A stretch of 64,000 nt of DNA from Candidatus Binatia bacterium (GTDB lineage: Bacteria > Desulfobacterota > Binatia > UBA9968 > CAXXLF01). Positions 52,639 to 62,290 of this stretch are shown in pieces. The translations under genes were made by a program, and so were the position numbers. The DNA is taken from assembly GCA_963664015.2 (NCBI GenBank), contig CAXXLF010000001.1, positions 1,184,001 to 1,248,000 on the forward strand, in the 5' to 3' direction. How positions within the stretch are numbered: position 1 is the stretch's first letter; every line of letters begins with the position of its first letter. The notes under the pieces were generated by a model. It searched no databases and was not told where the DNA came from. It was given only the letters and a program-made list of their open reading frames with translations.

Positions 52639-54074
52639 ACACCGCTCCTATCGTTTCCAAAGTCTGGAGCTTCTGCACCACCCTGCGCGATGACGGGGTC
52701 GGCTATGGCGACTACCTGGAGCAGCTCACCTATCTGATCTTCCTCAAGATGGCCGACGAGTACGGGAAGCCGCCGCACAAACGCGATGTCGGCATCCCCG
52801 TTGAATACAACTGGCAGAACCTGAAATCGAAGAACGGTGCGGAGCTCGAAAGCCACTACGTCACCCTGCTGCGCCAGCTCGGCACCAAGAAGGGCATGCT
52901 GGGGCAGATCTTCACCAAAGCCCAGAACAAGGTCCAGGACCCGGCGAAGCTCTATCGCCTTATCGACATGGTGGACGACACCGAGTGGGTCACCATGGGC
53001 GCCGACATCAAGGGCGATATCTACGAAAACCTGCTGGAGCGAAACGCCGAGGACACCAAGTCGGGCGCCGGGCAGTATTTCACGCCGCGCGCCCTCATCC
53101 GTGCCATGGTCGAGTGTGTGCGGCCCGAACCGAGCAAGCTCATCGCCGACCCGGACAACTTCAAGCTCGACAAGAAGCAGAAGGCGTTTCTGAAGCACGA
53201 AGAGTTTCACGGCAACGAGATCGTCGCCAACACGCGCCGCCTGTGCCTGATGAACATGTTCCTGCACAACATCGGTGAGATCGACGGCGGCGCGCCCATA
53301 TCGTCGAATGATTCGTTGGTCGCCGATGCCGGGAAGCGTTTTGACTATGTGCTAGCGAACCCGCCTTTCGGCAAGAAGAGCTCCATGAGCTTTACGAACG
53401 AGGAGGGCGAGCAGGAAAAGGACGACCTGACCTACAACCGACAGGATTTCTGGGCGACCACCTCGAACAAACAGCTCAATTTCGTGCAGCACATTCGCAC
53501 CATGCTCAAGACTACCGGACGCGCCGCCGTCGTCGTGCCGGACAACGTGTTGTTTGAAGGCGGCGCCGGTGAGACGATCCGCAAGAAATTGCTGGACATC
53601 ACGGACCTGCACACCATCCTTCGGCTTCCAACCGGCGTGTTCTACGCGCAAGGGGTCAAGGCCAATGTGATCTTCTTCGATAACCACGAAGCCAGCCCGA
53701 ACCCCTGGACGAAACAAGTCTGGTACTACGACTACCGCACCAATATTCATCACACATTAAAGAAAAAGCCGATGCGCTTCGAGGACCTGTCGGACTTCGT
53801 CAGGTGCTACAACCCGCAGAACCGGCACAAGCGAAAGGCCGCCTGGGACGAGAAGGACGCGCCGGAAGGCCGTTGGCGCAGCTACAGCTATGAGGAGATC
53901 AGCGCGCGCGACAAGACCAGCCTCGATATTTTCTGGCTCAAGGACAAGAACCTGACCGACCTGGACAACCTGCCTGACCCCGACGACCTCGCCGAAGAGA
54001 TCATCGAGAACCTCGAAGCTGGCCTGAATAGTTTTCGCGAGGTACTCGCCGGTTTGCGGCAAGCAGGTAGTTGA
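52635..54074 (+). CDS. hsdM: type I methyltransferase subunit M, lacking motif I
   Basis: GQYFTPR, NPPF and LRLPTG present; DPACGTGGF absent (IADP runs straight into DNFKL). Confidence 0.88.
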   Translation: MNTAPIVSKVWSFCTTLRDDGVGYGDYLEQLTYLIFLKMADEYGKPPHKRDVGIPVEYNWQNLKSKNGAELESHYVTLLRQLGTKKGMLGQIFTKAQNKVQDPAKLYRLIDMVDDTEWVTMGADIKGDIYENLLERNAEDTKSGAGQYFTPRALIRAMVECVRPEPSKLIADPDNFKLDKKQKAFLKHEEFHGNEIVANTRRLCLMNMFLHNIGEIDGGAPISSNDSLVADAGKRFDYVLANPPFGKKSSMSFTNEEGEQEKDDLTYNRQDFWATTSNKQLNFVQHIRTMLKTTGRAAVVVPDNVLFEGGAGETIRKKLLDITDLHTILRLPTGVFYAQGVKANVIFFDNHEASPNPWTKQVWYYDYRTNIHHTLKKKPMRFEDLSDFVRCYNPQNRHKRKAAWDEKDAPEGRWRSYSYEEISARDKTSLDIFWLKDKNLTDLDNLPDPDDLAEEIIENLEAGLNSFREVLAGLRQAGS

Positions 54075-54146
54075 ATGTGCGAACCGCCAGATCAGGCCGA
54101 GGAAGCGGATAACATATATACCCCCCTTGTCGACCCCATGTTTCCC

Positions 54147-54176
54147 TTGACACCCTTTCCTGGGCTGTCCTATATT
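54147..54176 (+). promoter_or_regulatory. sigma-70 promoter
   Basis: TTGACA-18 bp-TATATT. Confidence 0.6.
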
Positions 54177-54183
54177 CCCGCTC

Positions 54184-54309
54184 GCAACTATCGTGCAGAT
54201 CCCCGTGACTCGGTTATCTGCTCAATACAATAACCCAACCAAGGTTCGGATTAGCTATCCGAGCTGGGTGAATAGGCAGAACTTCACACATCATCTGTGC
54301 GATAGTTGC
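54184..54309 (+). ncRNA. candidate structured RNA or leader (126 nt)
   Basis: 17-bp terminal stem GCAACUAUCGUGCAGAU/AUCUGUGCGAUAGUUGC (two G-U pairs), nested inner helices; begins at the predicted +1. Confidence 0.5.
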
Positions 54310-54368
54310 AAAATGGCCCGGCAATTTTGCCCGGTCACGACATCACTCTCTAACTAACAGGAGAAATC

Positions 54369-55413
54369 ATGTTTCACATCGTTTTTGCACTTTTGTTGCT
54401 ATTACTTGGGTGGATGCAGTGCAGGGGGCGGAGGTACGCAAGTTACCATGCAGCCACCTCCACCTGTTGTTGTTCCAACTCCCGAAGGAAATGCAGTCCG
54501 TACCGCTGCCAAAGCGATCCCCAACTTCGGTAGTGTCACGCAATCGAGCAATGTGAGCTCGACCAACGTCACGTTCGATACCGCCAGAGCGTCATTCGAC
54601 GGGACGAATGGCCGGGTTACAATCACCCACCAGGATTCCAGCACTACCACGCTGGACACCACCGTGGACTCAGTTATTCACGATAGCACCGAGTTCCCAA
54701 GTCTTATAAGATCTGGTTACCGCCACCGGCAGGTAGCCATAAAGAAGGCCGGGAGCGATGACATATATGCGGTTCTCGGAGCCGATTGGAAATCCGGAGA
54801 CCCGACCGACTACGTGGGGTACGGGTTTTGGCTCAAAGCGGATAATTTCAGGACCCCATCGATGAATATCCACGAGGTAGGAACATTCCTGGATGGTCCA
54901 GAACTGCGCGGCAATCCCATCGTGCCAGTAAGTGGAAGCGCTACCTATCGAGGCAAGTCCCAGGGGTATTATATTGCCGAGGTCGGGAGCAATCAGGAGA
55001 TTCCCCAGGGCTCGCGCGCATGGGGGGAGTTCGAGGCCGATGCCACTCTCCAGGCCGACTTCGATGCTGGAACGATAGGCGGCTCTATCAACAATGCTAC
55101 AGTGATTGAGGACGCAGCAAATCCCGAAGGACAGATGCTATACATGAACAACAGCTACTCGGTCGATTACGTTCTTACCTTGGAAACTACCCCCATCGGC
55201 ACCGGCCAGTTCGTAGGCGACACCTCCATGAGCAGTCCTTCAAGGCAAGTCGCATCATCTAGCGGCAAGTGGGGCGGGCAGTTCTCCAACCGGCCAGTGA
55301 GCGCCACCGACGGCGATCCACGGCTAGTGGGCGGAACATTCGGCGGCGGCATCACCGAAGCGGACGGCAGCCGCTTTGACTATATCGGCGCTTTCGGCGC
55401 AGCTAAGCAGTAG
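54369..55413 (+). CDS. transferrin-binding-protein-like (TbpB beta-barrel) lipoprotein; signal peptide frameshifted
   Basis: AGGAG RBS and MFHIVFALLLLL, with lipobox LGGC in the next frame (extra G near 54409); PVSGSATYRG, ADFDAGTIGG, GKWGGQF and GAFGA. Confidence 0.7.
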
Positions 55414-55680
55414 GAACGATCTCAACCGTTACGCTGGGTCCTGACCCGACATTCGGCGTAGCCCAAAACCAGAATGGCGCGGGCAATTTCCCGCTCTCCG
55501 GGTTTCCTGATCGGAAACGAAGCCCAACCCTCGATCTTAAGGCTATAGCCCCTCCATGCTTTCCAAGGTCCTAGTTTAGGGATTTATAAAGATTTGCGAC
55601 TGTTCCATCGGCACAAGTAGTGGGTGGGGGTTGTTAGGCGCTTCTTATCTTGAGTCTAGGACCGTGTCTCCAGTGGACAC

Positions 55681-57126
55681 CGTGTTAAGCCATCAAAAAA
55701 TCTAACCCTAGCGGGATTCGTTGCGTCATTACAAAATCTAACCGAAGTCGTCTCGCATCTGTCGTTTCATGTCCTGTTGTTGGCGCTGTAGTTTCTTGCT
55801 GAAGGTCCAGTTTCTCCACGGCGTTTGTTTCAGCGGTGGTCTCTCTCGTGGGGCTCTGTCTGCATGGCTGGCCAGCTTGTAGATCCGCTGCAGTTGCTGA
55901 TCGATTCGGGTAGAGAGCTCGAAGGGATCAGTTGTCTTAAGCGTGTGCTTGAGGGCTGCCAGCTTTTTGGGGTCTCCCTTTCGGGACTCCACGACCCGTT
56001 CGAACGGGGTACGAGGCGTGTCATAGCGGCGAATAAGTCGAGAGCCTATACGGATCTTGCATCGCAGCTTCATGGAGGGCTGGAACAGATTCTGGAAGAT
56101 CCTAAGCTCATCATAGAGCTGGTTGGCGGCCTCTTGGGCCTTTGCGGTGTCGTAGCGATCCCAGCCCATAAGCTTTCTGACATGGGTCCAGTTTTTCTGC
56201 TCGATGTGCGCGTTGTCATCTTTTTTGTAGGGACGCGAGCGGGTGAACTGAATGGTGTGGCCAGCTGGGCGTTGTTGACAGAAGGCAAGAAGGCGGTTGT
56301 TGATAAACTCACTGCCGTTGTCGGAGTCGATCCCCTTGAGGGGAAAAGGAAGCTGGTGTTCGATCTCGGTGACCGCATTCAAGACACCCAAAGCGCTCTT
56401 ACCCATGACGGCCTTGCGCTCTACCCAGCAGGTAGCAATGTCGACACAGTCCAGACTATGGACAAACTCCCCAACCGCTGAGGCCCCTGAGTGTGACACC
56501 AGGTCAATCTCCAGATAGCCCGGCCGGTTCACATCCCAGTGATCGGTCTTAATCGGGATCATCTGCTTTAGTAGCGATCCGGGCCGAGTGGTGCCATAGA
56601 GTCGGCGTTTCACGATGTGCTTGGTTTCCCTCAGGCGCCGATCCATCTGACGGGCGCTGATGGCCAGGAGCTGATCCTCTAACGGTTGGGTCAGCTCGAA
56701 GTGTTGCCTTATCCAGGGCAACCAGTGTACAAGGGCGGCCTTCAGACGTTGGGAGCACAGATACCCCGAGGCCTCCCACACCTTTGCCAAAATCCTTACC
56801 ATTGCCCGATTGTATGTAGGAGAGCGAGGTGCACCCCGTTTGCGTACAGTTGCCTCGGGCAAGGGCCGGTTTAAAAGCCAGATGGCATATTTGCGGTTGT
56901 AGCCGTAAACCTTGCAGAATTCCTCTAGCATCGTTCCCTTCTGTGCCCGTGGTGCGTGCTGATAACGATCATAGATGGATCGTAAATACTCCTGCTTGGA
57001 TCGTCGTGCCATGGTGAACCCTTCCATTGTTGCCCTCCTTGAGCTCTAATGTGAGCCCTTGGAGGGTTAGAATCACAAATGGCGCAACGTATCGCCCTTG
57101 GGTTAGATTATACATGGCGCAATACG
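55681..57126 (-). mobile_element. insertion sequence, copy 1 (DDE/rve transposase)
   Basis: Left end defined by identity with copy 2; two GGTTAGA..ATGRCGCAA-type repeats at each end, in inverted orientation. Confidence 0.85.
55738..57027 (-). CDS. DDE (rve integrase core) transposase
   Basis: EIDLVSH, DSDNGSEFIN and SRPYKKDDNAHIEQKN. Confidence 0.9.
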   Translation of the reverse strand: MEGFTMARRSKQEYLRSIYDRYQHAPRAQKGTMLEEFCKVYGYNRKYAIWLLNRPLPEATVRKRGAPRSPTYNRAMVRILAKVWEASGYLCSQRLKAALVHWLPWIRQHFELTQPLEDQLLAISARQMDRRLRETKHIVKRRLYGTTRPGSLLKQMIPIKTDHWDVNRPGYLEIDLVSHSGASAVGEFVHSLDCVDIATCWVERKAVMGKSALGVLNAVTEIEHQLPFPLKGIDSDNGSEFINNRLLAFCQQRPAGHTIQFTRSRPYKKDDNAHIEQKNWTHVRKLMGWDRYDTAKAQEAANQLYDELRIFQNLFQPSMKLRCKIRIGSRLIRRYDTPRTPFERVVESRKGDPKKLAALKHTLKTTDPFELSTRIDQQLQRIYKLASHADRAPRERPPLKQTPWRNWTFSKKLQRQQQDMKRQMRDDFG

Positions 57127-57350
57127 CGGTCTGCGGCAAGTGAACCCGCATTACCTGCATGGGTACACGAGATGGTGCCCGACAAACCATGCGGCGGTTT
57201 CAGCACTGGCCTCAGCACCGGGGCCTGCACTGTGCGAGCCGAAGTATCGGACTGGATGAGCCTGGTAGCGGGCGGAGGTGGCGGCACTTGCCAGAATTGA
57301 TCGCCCTGCTCGAACCGCTCGTCCAGCCGGAAGCAAAGTAAGGGCGTTGC

Positions 57351-57833
57351 TCAGGGCTTGTAGATGCCGCAGCCGAAGATGTGGCCCTTGTGGCGGACGA
57401 CCCATGAGGACTTGGGCACGACCTTCCCGGAGAGGGGGTCTTCCCACCCATAATCCACCCATGCGCCCTGAGCCGTGGCCTTGTCCAGAATAGCACGACC
57501 GATGTTGAGACCATTGGGGTCTAGCAGCGTGACCGTGTCGGAGCCGACAAGCGAGGGGGTCGCGGCGTGAGCGAGGATGGAGCCGCCCTTATCCGCCTTG
57601 ATCACGAAAATGTAGAGGTCGGCGCGCCTGAATTCGGAGCCGGGACGGCGGTTGAAACGATCGAAGGCCGCCTCCGCTCCTTTCTCGTCAAAGAGGGTGA
57701 CGGCTTTCACCACCATGGCCTGGGCCTGGGCTGGGGTGCCGCGCTTTTGCTCGTGCTTGCCGGCAAAGGCGGCAGCGGCGAGAAGCGCAAAGGAAACGAT
57801 GAGCGCGATGTTTACGGTAACGACTTTTTTCAT
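57351..57833 (-). CDS. stand-alone single Cache domain periplasmic protein
   Basis: Signal peptide, GTPAQAQAMVVKA, DLYIFV, GAWVDYGW, PKSSWV and GCGIY. Confidence 0.85.
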   Translation of the reverse strand: MKKVVTVNIALIVSFALLAAAAFAGKHEQKRGTPAQAQAMVVKAVTLFDEKGAEAAFDRFNRRPGSEFRRADLYIFVIKADKGGSILAHAATPSLVGSDTVTLLDPNGLNIGRAILDKATAQGAWVDYGWEDPLSGKVVPKSSWVVRHKGHIFGCGIYKP

Positions 57834-57979
57834 GGATTCGAGTCCTCACTGGGTTGCGTCTTTGTAACCGGAGTTAACCTTGCCTTTTTGCTATTCTGGG
57901 TTTTCTTCCCTTTCGGATTCCAGCTTGTATTGTACCAATTCTCTCTTGGAATTTCCAGTCTATTTGGACGCGGTCCACC

Positions 57980-58073
57980 AAAGCATAGGGTTTTCTCCTT
58001 TCAGGTTTGATGGCCGTTACAACCACCATCCTGCTGAAGCTTGACCCCTTTTTCATGTTACCTGACACCGGCC
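57980..58073 (-). mobile_element. IS110-family left-end remnant
   Basis: Inverted copy of 60454-60547 (84/94 identical by hand count). Confidence 0.6.
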
Positions 58074-58420
58074 ACAGGGCGATGGGCTCAGCAGCGCCCG
58101 CACGCTCATGCCTTGGCTCCTGGAGGGTGGGGCTTATGACATTTCCGAAGCGCGAACAAGCGCGTGAGACACGAACAAACACGGGATGCCTCCGTAAACC
58201 TGACATGGTTTTTTAGATGAATTTCGTCTTCCGTGGCACACCTTCCAGTTCCCGCACGCGTAATCCTTCGCATCGAGCTTCGAGTATCGCATGGTCCTAT
58301 TCCCGTTTCAGACTCGCCGATGACTCCCCGGCCGGTTGCATTGTCCTGTGGACCCTGTAGAGCCCGGGCAAGCCGGGATTGACAAAAGCGCGGAAAGGGT
58401 CCGTGCAATGCCGAAGCCGC

Positions 58421-58891
58421 TTATTTCAGTTGCAGGATCTTGGGCCAGTTCACGTCCGCTTTGGCGATGTTGCCGGGGATGTCCTGCTCTCACTGCTTCT
58501 TGACACCCAGGCTGTAGTTGAGGTAGAGAGCGCCCTCCACGATACTCCAGGCGTCCGGGTCGGTGCTGGCAGTATACCCCTGGCTTACCGCCCAGGCGCA
58601 GTAGCCGCCGTACCGGGGGGCGTACTTTTCCGGCTTCGCCTCGAACGATTCCCGATTCTTAGCGCTGGCAAAGTACCAGGTCGCCCCCATCCACTCGAGC
58701 CGATGGGCGCTCTTTCCCCGAACCGGCCGGCCCTCGGTGAAATATGCCACGGGGTCATATCCCCGGATGGCGCCGCCGAGATAGGTCGAGAACACCGGCT
58801 CAATGGCCAACGCCCTGCTCGCGGCGACTGTCAAGGCTATGATGAAAAGCATTGGAATCACCACACGCCCGATGTTTTTTCCGCGATTCAT
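58421..58891 (-). pseudogene. YHS domain-containing secreted protein with internal TGA
   Basis: AIRGYDPVAYF and PRYGGYCAWA; reads through TGA (58490-92) to EQDIPGNIAKADVNWPKILQLK*. Confidence 0.8.
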
Positions 58892-59542
58892 GAATCCCTC
58901 CTCCCATGAAGTCACCCAAAGCTCTCCCGTCCGTCCAACTCCATGAACCGGCGCGGTATCCAGAGTCTCTCCCGCCGGTATTCTCACGGGTATACGCTTT
59001 CGCATCTAGCTTCGGGCGCCCCGCCGTGCTATCCATGTGCTTTTTATTTCATCTCATTCCAAGAGAGTTTGCAACACGCACCATGGCCTCGCTAACGCAG
59101 CTCGAATCAAACCAGGATTGCGTGGAGCAGCAGGGGGTCTGGCGTGCCTGAGCATGCCTGAGCGTCGCTGTAACCCTCGGAGCCCCTATGCCGACAAACC
59201 GTCGCGCCTGACGACGCTTGTCGTGCTCACCAGGCCGAGAAGGTTTTGCGGAAAGGCCGAACAGGATAAAATAAAATGAATGAAAACGAGCGAAATGAAT
59301 TGGATCGGGTGGCGGCGGGCGTGGAGGAGCCTGCACGGCTGGGCTGCGTGCGAACCGAACCTTTCCTCAACGCACGCGAGTCCATCCTAATCAGCGGCAC
59401 TGATCCGGCGGCAGGTCAACGATCTCTTGACTACACCGAATTGCTAAGATAACAGTTGGTTATACTAACCATGGGGTCCAGCCCCCGTCTTATAATTAAG
59501 GAGGGGCTGTGTCTCTGGCCGTTTGAGGTCAGGAGGTCAGGT

Positions 59543-60277
59543 ATGCGGAGAGCATTCTTTGCATTGATCGTTTCCCTCGCCGTGGCAGGCTTGCTGCCGG
59601 TTGGTGCGGCAGGGGCCGATGGCGGGGTGTATATCGGGGTTGGTGGTGGGGCCACGTTTCCGAACGGCGCCAGCAACACCCGCCGAGCCGTAGACGACTA
59701 TCCCGCACTCGACGTCGACAGCAGCAGCGATACGGGTTTCGCCGTGAACGGCGCGGTCGGGTACGCTTTTACCAATGGCTTACGAGTCGAAGGTGAAGTC
59801 GGCTACCGTAGGAGTGACTTGAATAAAATCAACGTCAAGAGTCCCGGCGCCCTCATCGACCTCCTACCGCCCTCCCAGCGGGACAACCCTCAGGCCCGTC
59901 AAAGCCTGTTGGGAAAACAGGACAACAGTGGCGCTTTCTCGACGGTTACCCTTATGTTCAATGGGTACTACGACATTGATGTAGGATCCGGCTGGAAACC
60001 CTATGTCGGCGGCGGTGTCGGAGTTGCCTTCCTTTCGGCTGAGTCGAAGTCTCCGACTACCGGCCGGAAACTTCTCGACGACAACGACACCGTGTTCGCG
60101 TATCAGGTGGGAGGGGGGATCGGGTACGAGATCACCCCAGCCACGACCCTTAGTCTAGACTATCGGTACTTCGGGACCCAGGATCCAGCCCTGAAGAGTG
60201 AGGTGAGCGGACGCAACTTCGACAGTGAATACGGAGGGCATCACGTCGGCGCCAGCATCCGGTTCTCATTGCCCTAA
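59543..60277 (+). CDS. outer membrane beta-barrel protein (OmpA/opacity-like)
   Basis: AGGAGG RBS, signal peptide, GLRVEGEVGY, NGYYD, PYVGGGVG and FAYQVGGG. Confidence 0.85.
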   Translation: MRRAFFALIVSLAVAGLLPVGAAGADGGVYIGVGGGATFPNGASNTRRAVDDYPALDVDSSSDTGFAVNGAVGYAFTNGLRVEGEVGYRRSDLNKINVKSPGALIDLLPPSQRDNPQARQSLLGKQDNSGAFSTVTLMFNGYYDIDVGSGWKPYVGGGVGVAFLSAESKSPTTGRKLLDDNDTVFAYQVGGGIGYEITPATTLSLDYRYFGTQDPALKSEVSGRNFDSEYGGHHVGASIRFSLP

Positions 60278-60453
60278 CGCACCGTCGCAGGCGTCCGGCG
60301 AATAGTAACACTGGTGTCAAGTCTTGTCTCTTGCATCACTCCTTGTTTGCCAACCGGCTGACCGCGGCATGGTGCAGGCCTAGATAATCGGCCATCTCTC
60401 TCCGGCTGTACCCGTTACCATCCACCGCACAGCCGATTAAACTGTCCCGCTTA

Positions 60454-60573
60454 GGCCGGGGACAGGCAACATGAAAAAGGGGTCAAGCTCCGGCAGGATG
60501 GCGGTTGTAGCGGCCATCAAACCTGAAAGGAGCAGACCCCATGCTTTACGTCGGGATAGACTGTCACAAACGA
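60454..60573 (+). mobile_element. IS110-family left end plus truncated recombinase start
   Basis: AAGGAG RBS then MLYVGIDCHKR (DEDD N-terminal motif), ending abruptly. Confidence 0.65.
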
Positions 60574-60699
60574 TGCGCCCGGGTAAATGCCATCGACAAG
60601 GCGCCAGTCGGCGCAGCGGTTCGGAAATAATTGAGGATGGCCGGGAAAATCGGAGAAATTCCCGGGCAAGATAACCCAAAAATCGCCCATGCAAAGCCC

Positions 60700-60946
60700 C
60701 TGAAAGGGCCGTGCAACGACCGTGCTCGATGCCGCCGGAAACAGAAAAACGTCATGCATGCAGGAAGTCGATACGGACTGAAACGGTCACGGTGGCGTGG
60801 TCGTCGACGGGCACCGATTCGGGATTGCTTGACAGCGATAGTGCAGAACATCGAGCTGTCGATTGATCATGCACGGCCAAAACCCGGAGCGGTTATGGCT
60901 CGGTTGGATCTATTGCGCTATTTAACCGACGCTTGGGCAACAGCCC
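60700..60946 (+). pseudogene. degraded 3' end of an IS1182-like transposase with right end
   Basis: RYGLKRSRWRG...LTAIVQNI; terminal ttgggcaacagccc. Confidence 0.55.
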
Positions 60947-61118
60947 GACAAGACGTGACCCCGATGCGTAGAGCTTGCAGCCGAATCGGGTCGGCAGACC
61001 TTTAAGATAAGAATCGTAAGGTGATGTTCCCGCTCGTCGTCATCGCGGAAGATGAGCCGGCGGCGGATACGAAGTTCCATTGTAGTTCTGAATGGGAGGG
61101 GGACGGTCGGATTATTCG

Positions 61119-61903
61119 TCAGAGATGGCGGTTCAGGAAATCTATGGTCCGCTGGTGGGCGAGCCGTGCCGCCGGCGCATCGAACGCCGCCCCGTCCTCG
61201 ACGTCAAAACGGTCGCTGGCGCCTTTGTAGATGTGGACTTCCGTATTCTTATTCCGCGCCATAACTCGTTTGGCGAGCTCCTTCACGGCGTCCAGATCGC
61301 TGTCGGCCGCTTTTTCCGGATAGTGGGCGATAAGCGGCGCTTCCATTTTGTCCAGCCGGTAGGCGGCCGGGGCCGTGATGGCCCCGCTATCGCTATAGTA
61401 GACAACGGATGCGCCGATGTCGAACCCGGCCACCGCCATGTGAAATGACCAGGCGGCCCCGTATCCCCAGCCCGCTACCGCGACGCGCCCGCCATCGACC
61501 TGAGGCAGGGAGCGGAGGTAGGAGAGCCCGCTTCTCATGTTTCTAAACACCACACGGTGATTGCTTTTCTTTATCTGCTCGCCAATGACGGGTCGGGCCG
61601 CTTGCGCCGAGGCATAGGTCTTGCCGTCGAAAGCGTCCAGCGCCAACGTGACGAACCCGGCGGCGGCAAAGGCCCTCGCCCTTTTCCGCATCTCGTTATT
61701 CAGCCCCCCGAAATCATGCATGAGGATCAACGCCGGCGCTTTCCCGGCGTTGTCGGGCGTAGCGAGAAACCCCTTTACGTCTCCGTAATAGGCAACCGTT
61801 TTTCCTGAACCGCATGGGCGCCGAACGGCGCAAGGAGCGTAGACGCAACGGCCAGCGGCGCCTTGCAGATCAGCCTTCGTGCTCGATGTTTTATCGAATG
61901 CAT
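61119..61903 (-). CDS. secreted dienelactone-hydrolase-fold protein; signal peptide frameshifted
   Basis: PALILMHDFGGLN, AGFVTLALD and AARLAHQRTIDFL; GGAGG RBS and MHSIK...AHA-VQ one base out of frame near 61805. Confidence 0.75.
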
Positions 61904-62290
61904 GCTCGTTCCCTCCAGTCGTCACATGTTCGCAGCACCCCGCCGTGCGTCTGAGCCGAACACCTCGGTTTCCCACCCATGCTACGATAATAGACTCTAT
62001 CCGGTTCCATGCCGCTCGGTTCAGCAACCGGACCCGCGTCATCGGCGCCTCCCCAAGCTGTCCCGCCGCTACACCGAAGCGAGAGAGGTGGGGAACTATC
62101 TAACGGGGTGGTATAGTTCAATGGGGTGAGTGGAGACGGGCGGGCCGGTCGGGTTGCATCATGGAACGGTAAGCAATGCGGTCGGCCGAGCCGCCGAGAG
62201 CAAGGACCGGGGCCTGCGCGCGGCTTTGAACGAAGCAGAGGCAGAAACCGAGAATCCATAGACACGGGCCCCGGGGCGGGAGGCAACGAA

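Noticed and set aside
54184-54309. Retron msr-msd or 6S RNA
   Set aside because: There is no reverse transcriptase in the window, and it is shorter than typical 6S RNA and lies in an accessory region.
57127-57341. Possible DUF86/HepT C-terminal fragment (LPELIALLEPLV)
   Set aside because: Only about a dozen residues resemble the family; too weak to call.
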